Shown here: positions 53,457 to 63,767 of the stretch, piece after piece
Layout of the letters: each line of letters opens with the position of its first letter
Numbering within the stretch: position 1 is the stretch's first letter
Source of the DNA: an uncultured Chloroflexia bacterium
GTDB lineage: Bacteria > Chloroflexota > UBA6077 > JACCZL01
Reading direction: 5' to 3'
DNA: 64,000 bases
Assembly: GCA_963765765.1 (NCBI GenBank)
Contig: CAVXYC010000020.1
Location: forward strand, 224,001 to 288,000
Program-made: the position numbers and the translations under genes
The notes under the pieces: generated by a model
Database searches by the model: none
What the model saw: only the letters and a program-made list of their open reading frames with translations
Told to the model about the DNA's origin: nothing

Positions 53457-54245
53457 TCACGTCGGCAGCGTATACCCGCCGTCCACAATGAGGGTTTGTC
53501 CTCGAATCATCCAGGCGGCCGGTGTGCAGAAAAAGGCGACAACTCTTGCCAGATCTTCGGGGGCAAGCATTCTTCCAGCCGGTGTCCGCGATCGAGCCGA
53601 CTCCAACATCGCCTCCCGGCCCGCAAAGAAATCCAGCGCGTCAGTCTCTACCAAACCGCCGGCGACTCCATTGACAACGATGTTCATCGGTGCGAGCTCT
53701 ACGGCTAGGTACCGCGTGAGCGCTTCCAGCGCCGCTTTGGACATTCCAACCGCTGAATAATCCGGCAGTACCCGATCCGAGCCGAGACTCGAGATGTTCA
53801 CGATTGCGCCACCTCGTTCCATGAGATCAGCCGCGTGCCGGGCGCAAAGCCAGGCGCCGCGAGCGTTGATGTTCATTGTCCAGTCCCAGTGACGTGGCTC
53901 CAGCTCCAGGGTGGGCCGAATCACACCGGAGGCCGCGTTATTTACCAATATGTCAAGCCGTCCCCAGGAAGACTGAATCTCATCGAACATTCGCTGAATG
54001 CGATCAGGATCACCAACATGCCCGCGGATTGCTCGAGCTCGAACGCCCATGGCGGTGGCCAAATCAGCCGTCTGCTGAGCCGTGGACTCATTTCGAAAGT
54101 AGTTCACCAGCACGTCCGCGCCACGTCGCGCGAGCTCCAGAACGACCGCCCGGCCAATACCCCGCCCTCCTCCAGTGACGAGGGCGAAGCGGCCCTGGAG
54201 ATCGCGCACGCTCGAGTCACTCGGTTGAAATTGAGTTTCGCTCAT
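53457..54245 (-). CDS. fabL: FabL-like enoyl-ACP reductase (SDR)
   Basis: TGGGRGIG, NNAASGV, ISSLGS, Y-x6-K (YSAVGMSK), GQTLIVDGG. Confidence 0.8.
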   Translation of the reverse strand: MSETQFQPSDSSVRDLQGRFALVTGGGRGIGRAVVLELARRGADVLVNYFRNESTAQQTADLATAMGVRARAIRGHVGDPDRIQRMFDEIQSSWGRLDILVNNAASGVIRPTLELEPRHWDWTMNINARGAWLCARHAADLMERGGAIVNISSLGSDRVLPDYSAVGMSKAALEALTRYLAVELAPMNIVVNGVAGGLVETDALDFFAGREAMLESARSRTPAGRMLAPEDLARVVAFFCTPAAWMIRGQTLIVDGGYTLPT

Positions 54246-54322
54246 GGGAACCATGCTCTCGCAATCGTCCTGCCGCTAGAATCGCTTCAAGCTGCCCGCT
54301 CAAAATGATTTGACGCAGCGTC

Positions 54323-54970
54323 ATGCAGTTCGGACGTTCGGTTCAGCACTCCCTGATACCAATCGGCATCGTCATCATCGGCGTTGTCATTCTTGTATCA
54401 GTCATCTCTATCCTGGAGCGGCACGCATCTGCCATAGGGGCCAGCGGCAGCGTGCAGTTTACGGTGAACACCACGGCGGCTGCGTTGGCCGCGACGCTGG
54501 GAATCCTTCTGGCCTGGGTGTTGTTGACCGTGCAGCTTACCGCCCAGCGGTTCACCTTCAACATCGTTGACATTGTGCTGCCCAGCCCAATCAACATGGG
54601 CATCATCCTCCTGTGCGTCGTCTCGATCGAATACAGCCTCTGGATCTCCAACGAATAGAGAACATCGGCGATGTTGGTCGTAGCACAGTGAATCTTGCGG
54701 ACGCCGCCACCGCGCGACGTTCAATTTGGGCACTGCACGTAACCGTTTACGACTATCTGGAGATAAAAGGCAGCCTTCCGACTGAGTGGTTCAGCGCGGA
54801 GTCATAGATCATCCGCGGGAGGCACGAAGCCACCCTGGAGCAGATCCGCCAGACCGGTAGCTGGATCAAGCGCCGTGTCGCGGAAGAGCTCCAGGATCTG
54901 TTCAACGCCGCGCTGCTCGCACGCATGCATGACATCACCCACACCGTGGCTCAATCACTGCGCTACTGAG
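54323..54970 (+). pseudogene. Degraded membrane-protein gene (DUF2254-like)
   Basis: TM helices with VQLTAQRFT, then several stops; protein-like remnants DYLEIKGSLPTEWF* and IIRGRHEATLEQIRQTGSWIKRRVAEELQDLFNAAL...LRY*. Confidence 0.5.
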
Positions 54971-55517
54971 ACCCGCACTACCGCAATGCATGCTTGATTC
55001 AGCACCGCGAAGCTTTGCAATTGTCCTACTGGTGAGAGTGAGCGATCGCTAGGTCAACCACCGTGAGCCTGTGCGCGAAGCCGCCCGCGCGAAGAACATC
55101 AGGATCGATACGTTTTGCTCGAATCGTCTGACCATCGCGGCCAACCACGGTCAAACGCATGTCGCCCACTCCACGGGTAGTGAATCGTGCGTCAACATCG
55201 ACAATGGAACCAGGAACAATTGGATCGCTCTCGGCTGAGATCTTGTTGTCTTTCAGCGAACGACGATGTCGTCATCAGTTCGATTGGTCACGTGGAGGCG
55301 CACAGGTACCGGAGATCACACGTCGCCGCTCGTGCATCCGCCAAGCATACCTGTGCGACCGGCGACTGCAGCAATCAAAAGACAAGCCCGCATTGATCTC
55401 GCGCGCATGACGATGACCGCCATTATAGAGATGCTTTCGCAGAGATCAACGAATTCGGATGGGCTTCACGGCACGCCTCTCGCGATGAATCTCCAGGCGA
55501 CCACAAACTGGTCTCGC

Positions 55518-56183
55518 TCAGGGGCGATTCCAGATGTCGAGGATTGCATCGGATGTCGTGACGGCATCCTGATAGCGGAGAAGCGTGGCAATGCTCTTGA
55601 GTCCCCGTTCATGGTCAGCCTGGACAGTGGAGGCGACACAATCACCGGCCACCGCCACATAGTAATCGTAGCTAGCGGCATCTCGAGCAGTGCATTCCAC
55701 GCAGCCCTGTGTCACCACGCCAACGACGACGATCGTCTTGATGCCGTTCGCGCGAAGGTACAGGTCCAGGTCTGTTCCGACGAACGACGAGAGTCGCCGC
55801 TTTTCCACAACCAGATCGCGCTCTTCGTTGTAGGGAAGGTCCGCCACGAGCTCATGGCCCCAGGTCCCTTTGATTGTCGCTTGGACGCCGGCGAAGTTGA
55901 GGCCGCGCCGTAGTATCTCCGGCCCTGAGAGACCGGCATTACCGGGGCCAACGCTGTACTTTGTGAAGACCACCGGGACATTGAGCTCATGAGCGCGCTC
56001 GAGTAGCGCATGCATGGGACTCACGATCGCCGGAATAGCGGAAATATCCCGCCCGTTCTTATCGCTCGCACCGCCGGGTGAACAGTAGTCATTCTGCATA
56101 TCCACCACGATCACTGCCGTGTGCCCCGGCTGCACGCGCTCCTTGAGCGTGGTGAGGACTTCGATTCCTGACCGTACTTCCAT
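55518..56183 (-). CDS. Isochorismatase-family cysteine hydrolase
   Basis: VDMQND (Asp), EKRRLSSF (Lys), GCVECTARDA (Cys). Confidence 0.9.
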   Translation of the reverse strand: MEVRSGIEVLTTLKERVQPGHTAVIVVDMQNDYCSPGGASDKNGRDISAIPAIVSPMHALLERAHELNVPVVFTKYSVGPGNAGLSGPEILRRGLNFAGVQATIKGTWGHELVADLPYNEERDLVVEKRRLSSFVGTDLDLYLRANGIKTIVVVGVVTQGCVECTARDAASYDYYVAVAGDCVASTVQADHERGLKSIATLLRYQDAVTTSDAILDIWNRP

Positions 56184-56241
56184 GCTTGCTTCCCTCTGGA
56201 ATTGAATCGGCGAAGATGGACTTCGAAAGCGTCAAATGCAA

Positions 56242-56268
56242 ACGCCCCAACGGAGGCCGTTGGGGCGT
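56242..56268 (-). terminator. Hairpin after the Rieske oxygenase gene
   Basis: ACGCCCCAACGG/CCGTTGGGGCGT perfect 12-bp stem, weak U tail on the minus strand. Confidence 0.6.
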
Positions 56269-56289
56269 GGATTCGATCACCGCGGCTTC

Positions 56290-57597
56290 TTAACCCGCGG
56301 GCTCAAGCTCCCGCTCAGCAGCCGGATACATTAACGGCAGCAGCACATCCGGCCAGGCCTGCTCGTCTGGAACGATGCGCTCGATAGCCCGGACTGTGTA
56401 GTAGCTGGTGCCGACTCCGGGCGGGTTGCCGCCCGCTTCAACTGTCTTAATGGCGTCAAGCAGCAATCGGCGCGTGGCTATGATTGCCTTATCCGCCGGA
56501 CCGAGCTTCTCGCGGGACCGGTCAACGATCCTGCCCATCGTCTCCTGGAGAGCGCGGTCCTGAGTATTCACCCCCGGGATACCGGTAAACGTCTCAGTCC
56601 GCTGCATTTGCCGATCGATGCGGTAATTGTTGGCGGCATGCGCGAAGGAACGGAACGTGTTCGGGTCCACGTATTCCGGGCCGTTACCGTTGTTCTTCTC
56701 CAATCGCTCGGTCTCACTGATCCCCGGATCGCTGCCATAGGAGTACATGAAGTTGTAGACCATGGTGGTGTAGTCGTCCATCGGCACCCAGAAGTGTCCC
56801 GGGCCATACTCGCGTATGTTGTCTCCCGACCTATCTCCACCCTGGAACTGTGCGGGACGTAGCTGGGTCCACGGCATCACGTAGTGGTAGCCGCGCACAT
56901 ACTTGCCGCCCTCACGTAGCTCGCGGACACCGAAGTAGCGGTAGCCGTAGTCAGTGAAATCGACTTCGAGTGTGGGCGCCTTGCCTTGAACGAACGGCGA
57001 ATTGAGGGCGACGCCTGGCACCGTGCTATTCCGGTTGATGTTTCGGTGCAGGATCGGCGCGTGAGAAGTATCGATCCCGCCCTCGAGCGCCTGCAGCCAA
57101 TTGCATTCTTCAATGACCTTGGAGACGTGCCGGTGGCTGTCAGGTGCCATAGCCCACTCAAACCGCGGTAAAGGAGGCATCTTCTCGCGCGGCCCCATGT
57201 AGGCCCAGATAATCCCGCCGGTCTCCACCGTCGGATACGAGGTGACCTTGACCTTGTCCGTGAAAGGAACCGGCTCATTCATCTGCTCAACGCAGTTGCC
57301 ATCCACGTCGAACTTCCAGCCGTGATAGACGCACCGAAGGCCGTGCTCTTCGTTACGGCCGAACCAGAGTGAGGCCAGCCGGTGCGGACATGACTCATCA
57401 ACGAGTCCGACCTTTCCGCTGGTATCACGGAAGGCTACGAGATTCTCTCCTAGCAGCTTGACCCGAATGGGCTCGCAGTCTGGGGCGGGCAGCTCTCGGG
57501 AGAGAGGCCCTGGAATCCAATATCGCCGTAGGACTTCGCCCATCGGTGTACGGGGTCCTACTCGTGTGACGAGCTCGTTCTCTTCACGGCTGAGCAT
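56290..57597 (-). CDS. Rieske non-heme iron oxygenase subunit (phthalate 4,5-dioxygenase / LigXa-like)
   Basis: MLSREENELVTRVGPRTPMG N-terminus, CPH-x-CVYH Rieske ligands, EGGIDTSH..ILH, QD iron ligand, TMGRIVDRSRE. Confidence 0.9.
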   Translation of the reverse strand: MLSREENELVTRVGPRTPMGEVLRRYWIPGPLSRELPAPDCEPIRVKLLGENLVAFRDTSGKVGLVDESCPHRLASLWFGRNEEHGLRCVYHGWKFDVDGNCVEQMNEPVPFTDKVKVTSYPTVETGGIIWAYMGPREKMPPLPRFEWAMAPDSHRHVSKVIEECNWLQALEGGIDTSHAPILHRNINRNSTVPGVALNSPFVQGKAPTLEVDFTDYGYRYFGVRELREGGKYVRGYHYVMPWTQLRPAQFQGGDRSGDNIREYGPGHFWVPMDDYTTMVYNFMYSYGSDPGISETERLEKNNGNGPEYVDPNTFRSFAHAANNYRIDRQMQRTETFTGIPGVNTQDRALQETMGRIVDRSREKLGPADKAIIATRRLLLDAIKTVEAGGNPPGVGTSYYTVRAIERIVPDEQAWPDVLLPLMYPAAERELEPAG

Positions 57598-57700
57598 GGC
57601 AACTCCTCTATAGCGCCAGGATCATACGGCTGATGAATAGCAGGATCTAAAAGAGTATAGTGCGTTCCGCGGAGGAACAGTGTCTCGACGACTCCTGGAC

Positions 57701-59566
57701 CTACCGCGGCTTGTTGCGAGCCGATCGACGCTGGTCGGCGTTCAGTATGCGCTTGCGGAGCCGAAGCGACTTGGGCGTTACTTCCAGGAGCTCGTCGTCA
57801 GCCAGAAAGTCGAGCGCGTCCTCGAGACTCAAGCGAACCGGTGGTGAGAGCCGGACCGCGATATCGGCCGTCGACTGTCGAACGTTGGTCTGCTTCTTCT
57901 CTTTGGCGACATTGATAGGCAGATCGTCTTCACGCGGCTGCTGACCAACGATCATGCCCTCATAGATGTCTGTGCCAGGCTCGATGAAGGTGACTCCGCG
58001 CTCCTGGGCGTTATTGAGTCCGAAAGTTGTTGCCGTGCCCGTCTGCGCCGCGACCAGGGCTCCGCTTCGAAGGTTTGCAACCTCCCCCGCAAACGGGCGG
58101 AAGCCGTCAAGGATGCTCGAAACCATGACATTACCACGGGTGGCTGTAAGTAGTCGGTTTCGCAGCCCGATGAGTCCACGGGTGGGGATTCGATATTCCT
58201 GCCGAACGGTGCCACGACCATCGTTGATCACGTTCTGCATGATTGCTAGACGGCGCCCAACCATCTCCGTCACCGTGCCAACGTATTCTTCGGACGTAGA
58301 GATAGTGAGCCACTCCACGGGCTCCACCAAGACTCCGTCTTCTCGATGCAGAATCGCCTCGGGTCGTGAGACCTGAAACTCAAATCCCTCACGTCGAAGC
58401 GTCTCGATGAGAATGGAAAGGTGAAGCTCACCGCGGCCCGAGACCATGAATACGTCTGGCGACTCGGTTTCAGCCACGCGTAGGGCGACGTTAGTTTCAA
58501 GCTCGCGCCAGAGGCGTGAGCGGATCTCTCGCGAAGTCAAAAACTTTCCTTCGCGCCCCGCGAACGGTCCAGAATTGACGCCAAACGTCATGCGAACGGT
58601 GGGATCCTCGATCTCGATTGGGGGGAGAGCGTCTGGCGCCATGGCGTCGGCCACCGTCTGACCGATGCTGACACCGCTGACCCCAGCGAGCGCCACGATG
58701 TCACCAGCCGATGCCTCTTCGATGGGGTCTCGTCGCAATCCATCGAATCGGAAGAGCGCACTGATGCGGAATTTCGCGATACTGCCATCAGGTTGCGGCA
58801 CGCCAATGTTCATGGCGTTCCGAATCACACCTCGTGACACGCGGCCGCTAAGGATGGTCCCGAGATGATTGTCATAGTCCAGATTGGACACGAGCATCTG
58901 CAGGGTGCCTTGATCAGGCACCTTCGGCGCCGGGACAGTTCTCAAAATCTCCTCGAAGAGTGGCTCAAGGTCTGGCCCAATCTCATCCGGATGGAGTCCT
59001 GCACGTCCCTCACGCCCGATGGCATAGATCACCGGGAAGTCGAGCTGCTCAGCCTCTGTGGCGAGCTCCAGGAAAAGATCTTGCGTCTCATGAATGACTT
59101 CGTCGACACGCGCATCCTTGCGGTCGCACTTGTTGATGACAACGATAGCCTTGAGACCCAGCGCAAGCGCCTTACGCAAGACGTAGCGAGTTTGGGGCAT
59201 CGGGCCTTCCGCCGCGTCGACTAATAGCAAGCAGCCATCGGCCATGTGGAGCACTCGCTCCACTTCGCCGGAGAAATCAGCGTGTCCCGGGGTATCGATG
59301 ATGTTGATTCGCACGTCGTGCCACACGACGCCGGTCTGCTTGGCAAGGATCGTGATGCCACGCTCCCGTTCGAGCTGGTTGCTGTCCATCACCAGGTCCG
59401 TCACCTGCTGATGCGCTCGGAATACGTGGGCCTGTCTGAGGAGGTGATCGACCAAGGTCGTTTTACCGTGATCGACGTGGGCTATGATGGCGAGATTGCG
59501 GAGATCGGATCGTGTAGTCAATGAGCCTGAGGAAATGGGGAGATTAGTCTCTTCAACAATTTGCAT
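57701..59566 (-). CDS. typA: Translational GTPase TypA/BipA (start approximate)
   Basis: [46 protein letters not shown]. Confidence 0.97.
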   Translation of the reverse strand: MQIVEETNLPISSGSLTTRSDLRNLAIIAHVDHGKTTLVDHLLRQAHVFRAHQQVTDLVMDSNQLERERGITILAKQTGVVWHDVRINIIDTPGHADFSGEVERVLHMADGCLLLVDAAEGPMPQTRYVLRKALALGLKAIVVINKCDRKDARVDEVIHETQDLFLELATEAEQLDFPVIYAIGREGRAGLHPDEIGPDLEPLFEEILRTVPAPKVPDQGTLQMLVSNLDYDNHLGTILSGRVSRGVIRNAMNIGVPQPDGSIAKFRISALFRFDGLRRDPIEEASAGDIVALAGVSGVSIGQTVADAMAPDALPPIEIEDPTVRMTFGVNSGPFAGREGKFLTSREIRSRLWRELETNVALRVAETESPDVFMVSGRGELHLSILIETLRREGFEFQVSRPEAILHREDGVLVEPVEWLTISTSEEYVGTVTEMVGRRLAIMQNVINDGRGTVRQEYRIPTRGLIGLRNRLLTATRGNVMVSSILDGFRPFAGEVANLRSGALVAAQTGTATTFGLNNAQERGVTFIEPGTDIYEGMIVGQQPREDDLPINVAKEKKQTNVRQSTADIAVRLSPPVRLSLEDALDFLADDELLEVTPKSLRLRKRILNADQRRSARNKPR

Positions 59567-59706
59567 ACAATCTGTCAATATAACAGATCGATTGGGCCGA
59601 CTCTTTTGGAACATCCACCGGCTGATACTCGTCTTACCTCACGAGTATGGTCGAATCACTTCTCGCGACGTGCTGAAAATCGACCTCTCGGGAGACTCTA
59701 AGAGGG

Positions 59707-60054
59707 ATGATGAGTAACATGGGACTGATCGCAGCGGGGTTGATTCTCGCGTTACTGCTGGGGCTTGCCATGGTTATCACAGCAGGCGTGTTCAATCTCG
59801 CGTTGACACTCTTCATGGCGGGCTTGATCGGGTGGGCAGCTGACCTGGTGGTACCCGGCGAGCTGCCCGGCGGCTGGATCGGCGCCGTCCTCACGGGCAT
59901 AATTGGTGGCCTCATAGGCCGATTGATCCTCGGTGAGCTTGGGCCGCATCTCTTTGGCTATCACGTTATTCCAGCGTTCGTTGGCGCAGTCGTCGTGGCA
60001 TTGGCGGCCCATCTCCTGCTGGGCAACCGATCGCGTCGATCGTTCGGGCGGTAA
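59707..60054 (+). CDS. GlsB/YeaQ/YmgE-family (transglycosylase-associated) membrane protein
   Basis: GLIGWAADLVVPG, GIIGGLIG, PAFVGAVVV. Confidence 0.8.
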   Translation: MMSNMGLIAAGLILALLLGLAMVITAGVFNLALTLFMAGLIGWAADLVVPGELPGGWIGAVLTGIIGGLIGRLILGELGPHLFGYHVIPAFVGAVVVALAAHLLLGNRSRRSFGR

Positions 60055-60071
60055 GCAACTGAATGAGCGGC

Positions 60072-60935
60072 TCAGGCGACAATCTCGGCTAACCGATCGA
60101 CCTCACTGATATCGTCCGAGCCGGAATAGAGCACCACTTCATCCACGCCGATATCCTCGAATTCTTTGAGGAGATTTTTGATCGCCGCGGGGCTACTGGG
60201 GAAGGCACGAGCCATTGTTTCCGCCACTGGACCGAGAAATCTGTACCAGTCCTCTAGTGACTTGACCGTGGCGGCGACCGCCTCAGGAGTGATCCCAAAA
60301 TAAGAAAGCGCGACGAACCGCGGCGTGCCAGGATGACCCGCTTCCTTGCGGTGCTCCATGACGATATCGAAGTTGGTCCTGGCCCGCGAGGGGCCTCCGC
60401 CGCCTGACATGAACGCGTAGCCAAGCCGACCAATCCTCTGGAGCGCGGCCGGGCTGGATGCTCCAAGAATGATCGCGGGACCGCCTGGTTGAACGGGCGG
60501 CGGGCCAACTGGATCGATGCCTTCGACCGGCGGCTCGCCGCTCCAGATACGGTGCATGAGTGCCAGTCCCCGTTCAAACTTTGCACCACGCTGGCGGAAC
60601 TCTTCAGGTGTGGCCAGATAATCATCTTCCCGCCCGCCAATGCCTAGACCGAGCGTAAGTCGGCCGTCTGACAAGGCGTCGACGCTGGCGGCCTGCTTTG
60701 CCAGCATCCCTGCACCGCGCAGCGGTAGGAGGAGCACGGTGGGCATGAGCCGCACCCGTCTGGTCACGGCCGCCGCCGCCGCCAGCGTGACCATGGGCTC
60801 GTAGTTCTGCTGAACGACGCGGTCAACGACTCCGAGACTCGAGAATGGCCCCGAGTCAGCCTTGATTGCCCACTCCACGATTCGCTCGCCCTTGACGCCG
60901 GCCACGGCGGACGGCAGTCCGATTCCAACTTGCAT
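60072..60935 (-). CDS. LLM-class flavin-dependent oxidoreductase
   Basis: GIGLP, EPMVTLAAAAAVTRRVRL, LAKQAASVDALSDGRLTLGLGIGGREDDY. Confidence 0.9.
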   Translation of the reverse strand: MQVGIGLPSAVAGVKGERIVEWAIKADSGPFSSLGVVDRVVQQNYEPMVTLAAAAAVTRRVRLMPTVLLLPLRGAGMLAKQAASVDALSDGRLTLGLGIGGREDDYLATPEEFRQRGAKFERGLALMHRIWSGEPPVEGIDPVGPPPVQPGGPAIILGASSPAALQRIGRLGYAFMSGGGGPSRARTNFDIVMEHRKEAGHPGTPRFVALSYFGITPEAVAATVKSLEDWYRFLGPVAETMARAFPSSPAAIKNLLKEFEDIGVDEVVLYSGSDDISEVDRLAEIVA

Positions 60936-60965
60936 TGAGCCTTCTCCATCGCATGAGTTTGCACG

Positions 60966-61123
60966 AACGCGTGTGGTGACTGCTTCGGCGCTTTTTCGTT
61001 CACGGAAAGCCAGCGAAGCGAGGCGGCCCGCGAGATCTGATATTGGCACCGAGCACGCCGGTCGGATCGCTCCGCTGGCTCGCGCTGATCGAGAAAAGCG
61101 CTGAAGCAGTCACTACACGCGTT
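60966..61123. repeat. 158-nt long inverted repeat (REPIN/MITE-like)
   Basis: Outer arms AACGCGTGTGGTGACTGCTTCGGCGCTTTTTCG / CGAGAAAAGCGCTGAAGCAGTCACTACACGCGTT; inner stem AGCCAGCGAAGCGA / TCGCTCCGCTGGCT. Confidence 0.8.
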
Positions 61124-61126
61124 TAG

Positions 61127-61879
61127 CTAAACCACCCGGCGCGGTCCGTTCCGCGCGGCTTCGCGGTAGAGATGGTAAAGCAGAATCGAGCCAGCGACGG
61201 ACGCGTTGAGCGACTCAACGGACTTCTCGATTGGCAGGCGAACGAGCATGTCGCACTCCTTCGCCAGAAGATCACCCAGGCCGCGGCCTTCTGCCCCTAC
61301 AATGATGACGAGCGGGCCGGTCAGGTTGGTGTGGTCATAACGGTCCCGAGCATCGCCATCGAGACCCACCACCCAAAAGCCGATTTGCTTGAGCGTGGCT
61401 ACGGCCTGCCGAAGATTCGGCGTCTGCACGATCGGCAAGCGAAGGGCAGCGCCGGCAGATGCCTTGACTACCGCGGGAGTCACCCCGGCCGCGCGGTGTT
61501 CGGGGATGATGATCGCCCGTACGCCTGTGGCCGCAGCCGTGCGGATGAGCGCGCCGAGATTGCCCGGATCCTGGATTGAATCGAGCATGAGCACCCTATC
61601 CATGTCAGTCGGCGTGCCGAGCATCTCCACCAGGTCGCCGAGCGAAAGCACCCGCGCGGGTCTGATCTCAGCGATAACGCCTTGATGGTTGCCGGTTCGC
61701 TGGTCAAGGACCGTTCGATCTACGAGCTCAATCTCCACGTCATGCTCGCGAGCTAACTGAATGATCTGATCGATCGGTAGGCCGTGGGCGCTGCGCGCGA
61801 CGAGGATTCGAGTCACCGGCGCCCCTGCGGTCAGCGCCTCGCGAATAGCATTGCGGCCGTAAATCCAGTCCCAGCTCAT
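61127..61879 (-). CDS. rlmB: 23S rRNA Gm2251 methyltransferase (SpoU family)
   Basis: YGRNAI, HQGV, DPGNLGALIR, GAEGRG, ESLNASVA; ATGA overlap with cysS. Confidence 0.95.
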   Translation of the reverse strand: MSWDWIYGRNAIREALTAGAPVTRILVARSAHGLPIDQIIQLAREHDVEIELVDRTVLDQRTGNHQGVIAEIRPARVLSLGDLVEMLGTPTDMDRVLMLDSIQDPGNLGALIRTAAATGVRAIIIPEHRAAGVTPAVVKASAGAALRLPIVQTPNLRQAVATLKQIGFWVVGLDGDARDRYDHTNLTGPLVIIVGAEGRGLGDLLAKECDMLVRLPIEKSVESLNASVAGSILLYHLYREAARNGPRRVV

Positions 61880-63273
61880 TCGCCCGGTCGAGCGTGTCTC
61901 CATGAGGAGCCCTCTGGTGAGTCCTCCACCACAATGCCGAGCTCCTTCAGGCGATCCCGAATCGTGTCGGAAAGCTCGAACTGGCGGGTGGCTCTGAGCG
62001 ACTGTCGAACGTCCAGCAGCAGCCCAACAAGTGCCGCCGACGCAGTGTTATCTTGTTTGCCTTCTGATGATGCAAGCAGGTCTATTCCGAGCACGCCAGC
62101 GAGATGAACGAGCGCATTCTGGCACTCCGCAACATCGGCTTCGTTTCCACCTTCTTCGCGCATTCGATTGATGTCTCGCGAGAGCTCGAACAAATGCCCG
62201 ATTGCTGCAGCGGAGTTGAAGTCGTCATCCATGGCAGACTCGAACGCATCCACGGCGGACCGGGCTCGTGCTGCGTTCCAGGGGGGCGGTGCTCCGGTGG
62301 CGCCCAGCACGGTCGATCGGAATCGCTCCAGGCCTCGGGCCGCACTCACCAATCCGTCCTCACCAAAGAGTAGAGATGATCGATAGTGTGTGGACAGGAG
62401 ATAGAGTCGCACGACCATGGGCTCATAAAGCTTCAGAGTATCGGCAACGGTGGTGAAGTTCTCCAATGAATGAGAGACTTTCTCCCCGCCAGTAGTGACC
62501 AAACCAACATGTGGCCAATACGCTGCGAAGGGCACTTTGCCGGTGAGTGCTTCACTTTGCGCGATCTCGTTCTCGTGGTGAGGAAAGATGAGATCCGCGC
62601 CGCCGGAGTGGATGTCGATCTGATCGCCGAGTGTCGCACGTGACATCGCGGAGCATTCAATGTGCCAGCCTGGGCGTCCTCTTCCCCAGGGGCTATCCCA
62701 ACTAGGCTCATCCAGTTTGGCCGACTTCCAGAGAGCAAAATCACGCGGATCACGCTTGCCGGGCTCCAGCTCGACTCGGACACCTGTCCGTCCGCTCTCC
62801 TCAAAGCGACCGCTCAGCTTGCCGTAATCTTTGAACTTCGCCACGTCATACCAGACGTCGCCATCGGCCACGTACGCGTAGCCCTTATCGATCAATCCGT
62901 TCACGAACTCGATTATCTGGGACATGTATCCGCTGACGGTTGGAAATTCATGGGCACGCAAGATTCCGAGCGCGTCCATCACACTGAAGTACGAATCGCT
63001 GTAGCGGCGTGCAACTTCTTCGGCGCTGGCGCCTTCCTGACCGGCTCGAGCGATAATTTTGTCATCCACGTCAGTGAAGTTCTGGATGTGTCTCACGCTG
63101 TAGCCACGATATTCCAGATAGCGACGCATGATGTCCGCCGCCAGAAAAATGCGGGCGTGGCCAAGATGCGGATGGAACTTCGGTGTCATGCCGCAGACAT
63201 ACATGCTCACCTGGCTGCCTAGCGGGTGAAACTCCTCCTTGTTTTTGGAGAGCGTGCTGTAGACGCGCAGCAT
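61876..63273 (-). CDS. cysS: Cysteine--tRNA ligase with divergent motifs
   Basis: HLGH, NFTDVDDKII, DFALWK, GRPGWHIECSAMS, FPHHENE, anticodon domain SDTIRDRL; own AGAGGAG SD before ATG 63273. Confidence 0.92.
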   Translation of the reverse strand: MLRVYSTLSKNKEEFHPLGSQVSMYVCGMTPKFHPHLGHARIFLAADIMRRYLEYRGYSVRHIQNFTDVDDKIIARAGQEGASAEEVARRYSDSYFSVMDALGILRAHEFPTVSGYMSQIIEFVNGLIDKGYAYVADGDVWYDVAKFKDYGKLSGRFEESGRTGVRVELEPGKRDPRDFALWKSAKLDEPSWDSPWGRGRPGWHIECSAMSRATLGDQIDIHSGGADLIFPHHENEIAQSEALTGKVPFAAYWPHVGLVTTGGEKVSHSLENFTTVADTLKLYEPMVVRLYLLSTHYRSSLLFGEDGLVSAARGLERFRSTVLGATGAPPPWNAARARSAVDAFESAMDDDFNSAAAIGHLFELSRDINRMREEGGNEADVAECQNALVHLAGVLGIDLLASSEGKQDNTASAALVGLLLDVRQSLRATRQFELSDTIRDRLKELGIVVEDSPEGSSWRHARPGE

Positions 63274-63762
63274 TAACCAGGTTCTCCTCTTTTGAATCAG
63301 CACCACGGCCAAAGCCCCCACGCCCTCCGCTCGTCCAAACGCACCCAGGTGATCCGTAGTCGTGGCCTTGATTCCAATCCTACCTGTCTCAACCTTGAGC
63401 CGCTCAGCCACAGCCGCTCGCATTGCGGGTACAAACTCACTCAACCGTGGCTCCTGCGCCACAATCGTGATGTCCGCGTTTATGAAATGCCACCGCCGCT
63501 CGCGTAGGTCACGGACAACCGCGTCCAGTAGATCGAGACTATTCGCGCCTGCATACCGGGGATCGGATGACGGAAATCGTTGACCTATATCCGGCATTGC
63601 AGCTGCACCGAGAAGCGCATCAATTAAGGCGTGAACCGCGGGATCACCGTCCGAGTGCCCCTCGAGTCCGCGGTCATGGGGAACCACAGTCCCGCCAACG
63701 ACCAGTCGGCGTCCTTCCGCGAATGCGTGTACGTCAATACCGGACCCAACTCGAATGTCCAT
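63273..63762 (-). CDS. ispF: 2-C-methyl-D-erythritol 2,4-cyclodiphosphate synthase; in frame with cysS as assembled
   Basis: GIDVHAF, GHSDGD, DALLGAA, DIGQRFP, IKATT; one fewer A in AAAA (about 63290) gives a TAATG overlap with cysS. Confidence 0.93.
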
Positions 63763-63767
63763 TCTTT

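Noticed and set aside
55266-55913. 215-aa plus-strand ORF
   Set aside because: Mostly antisense to the cysteine hydrolase, with no domain signal
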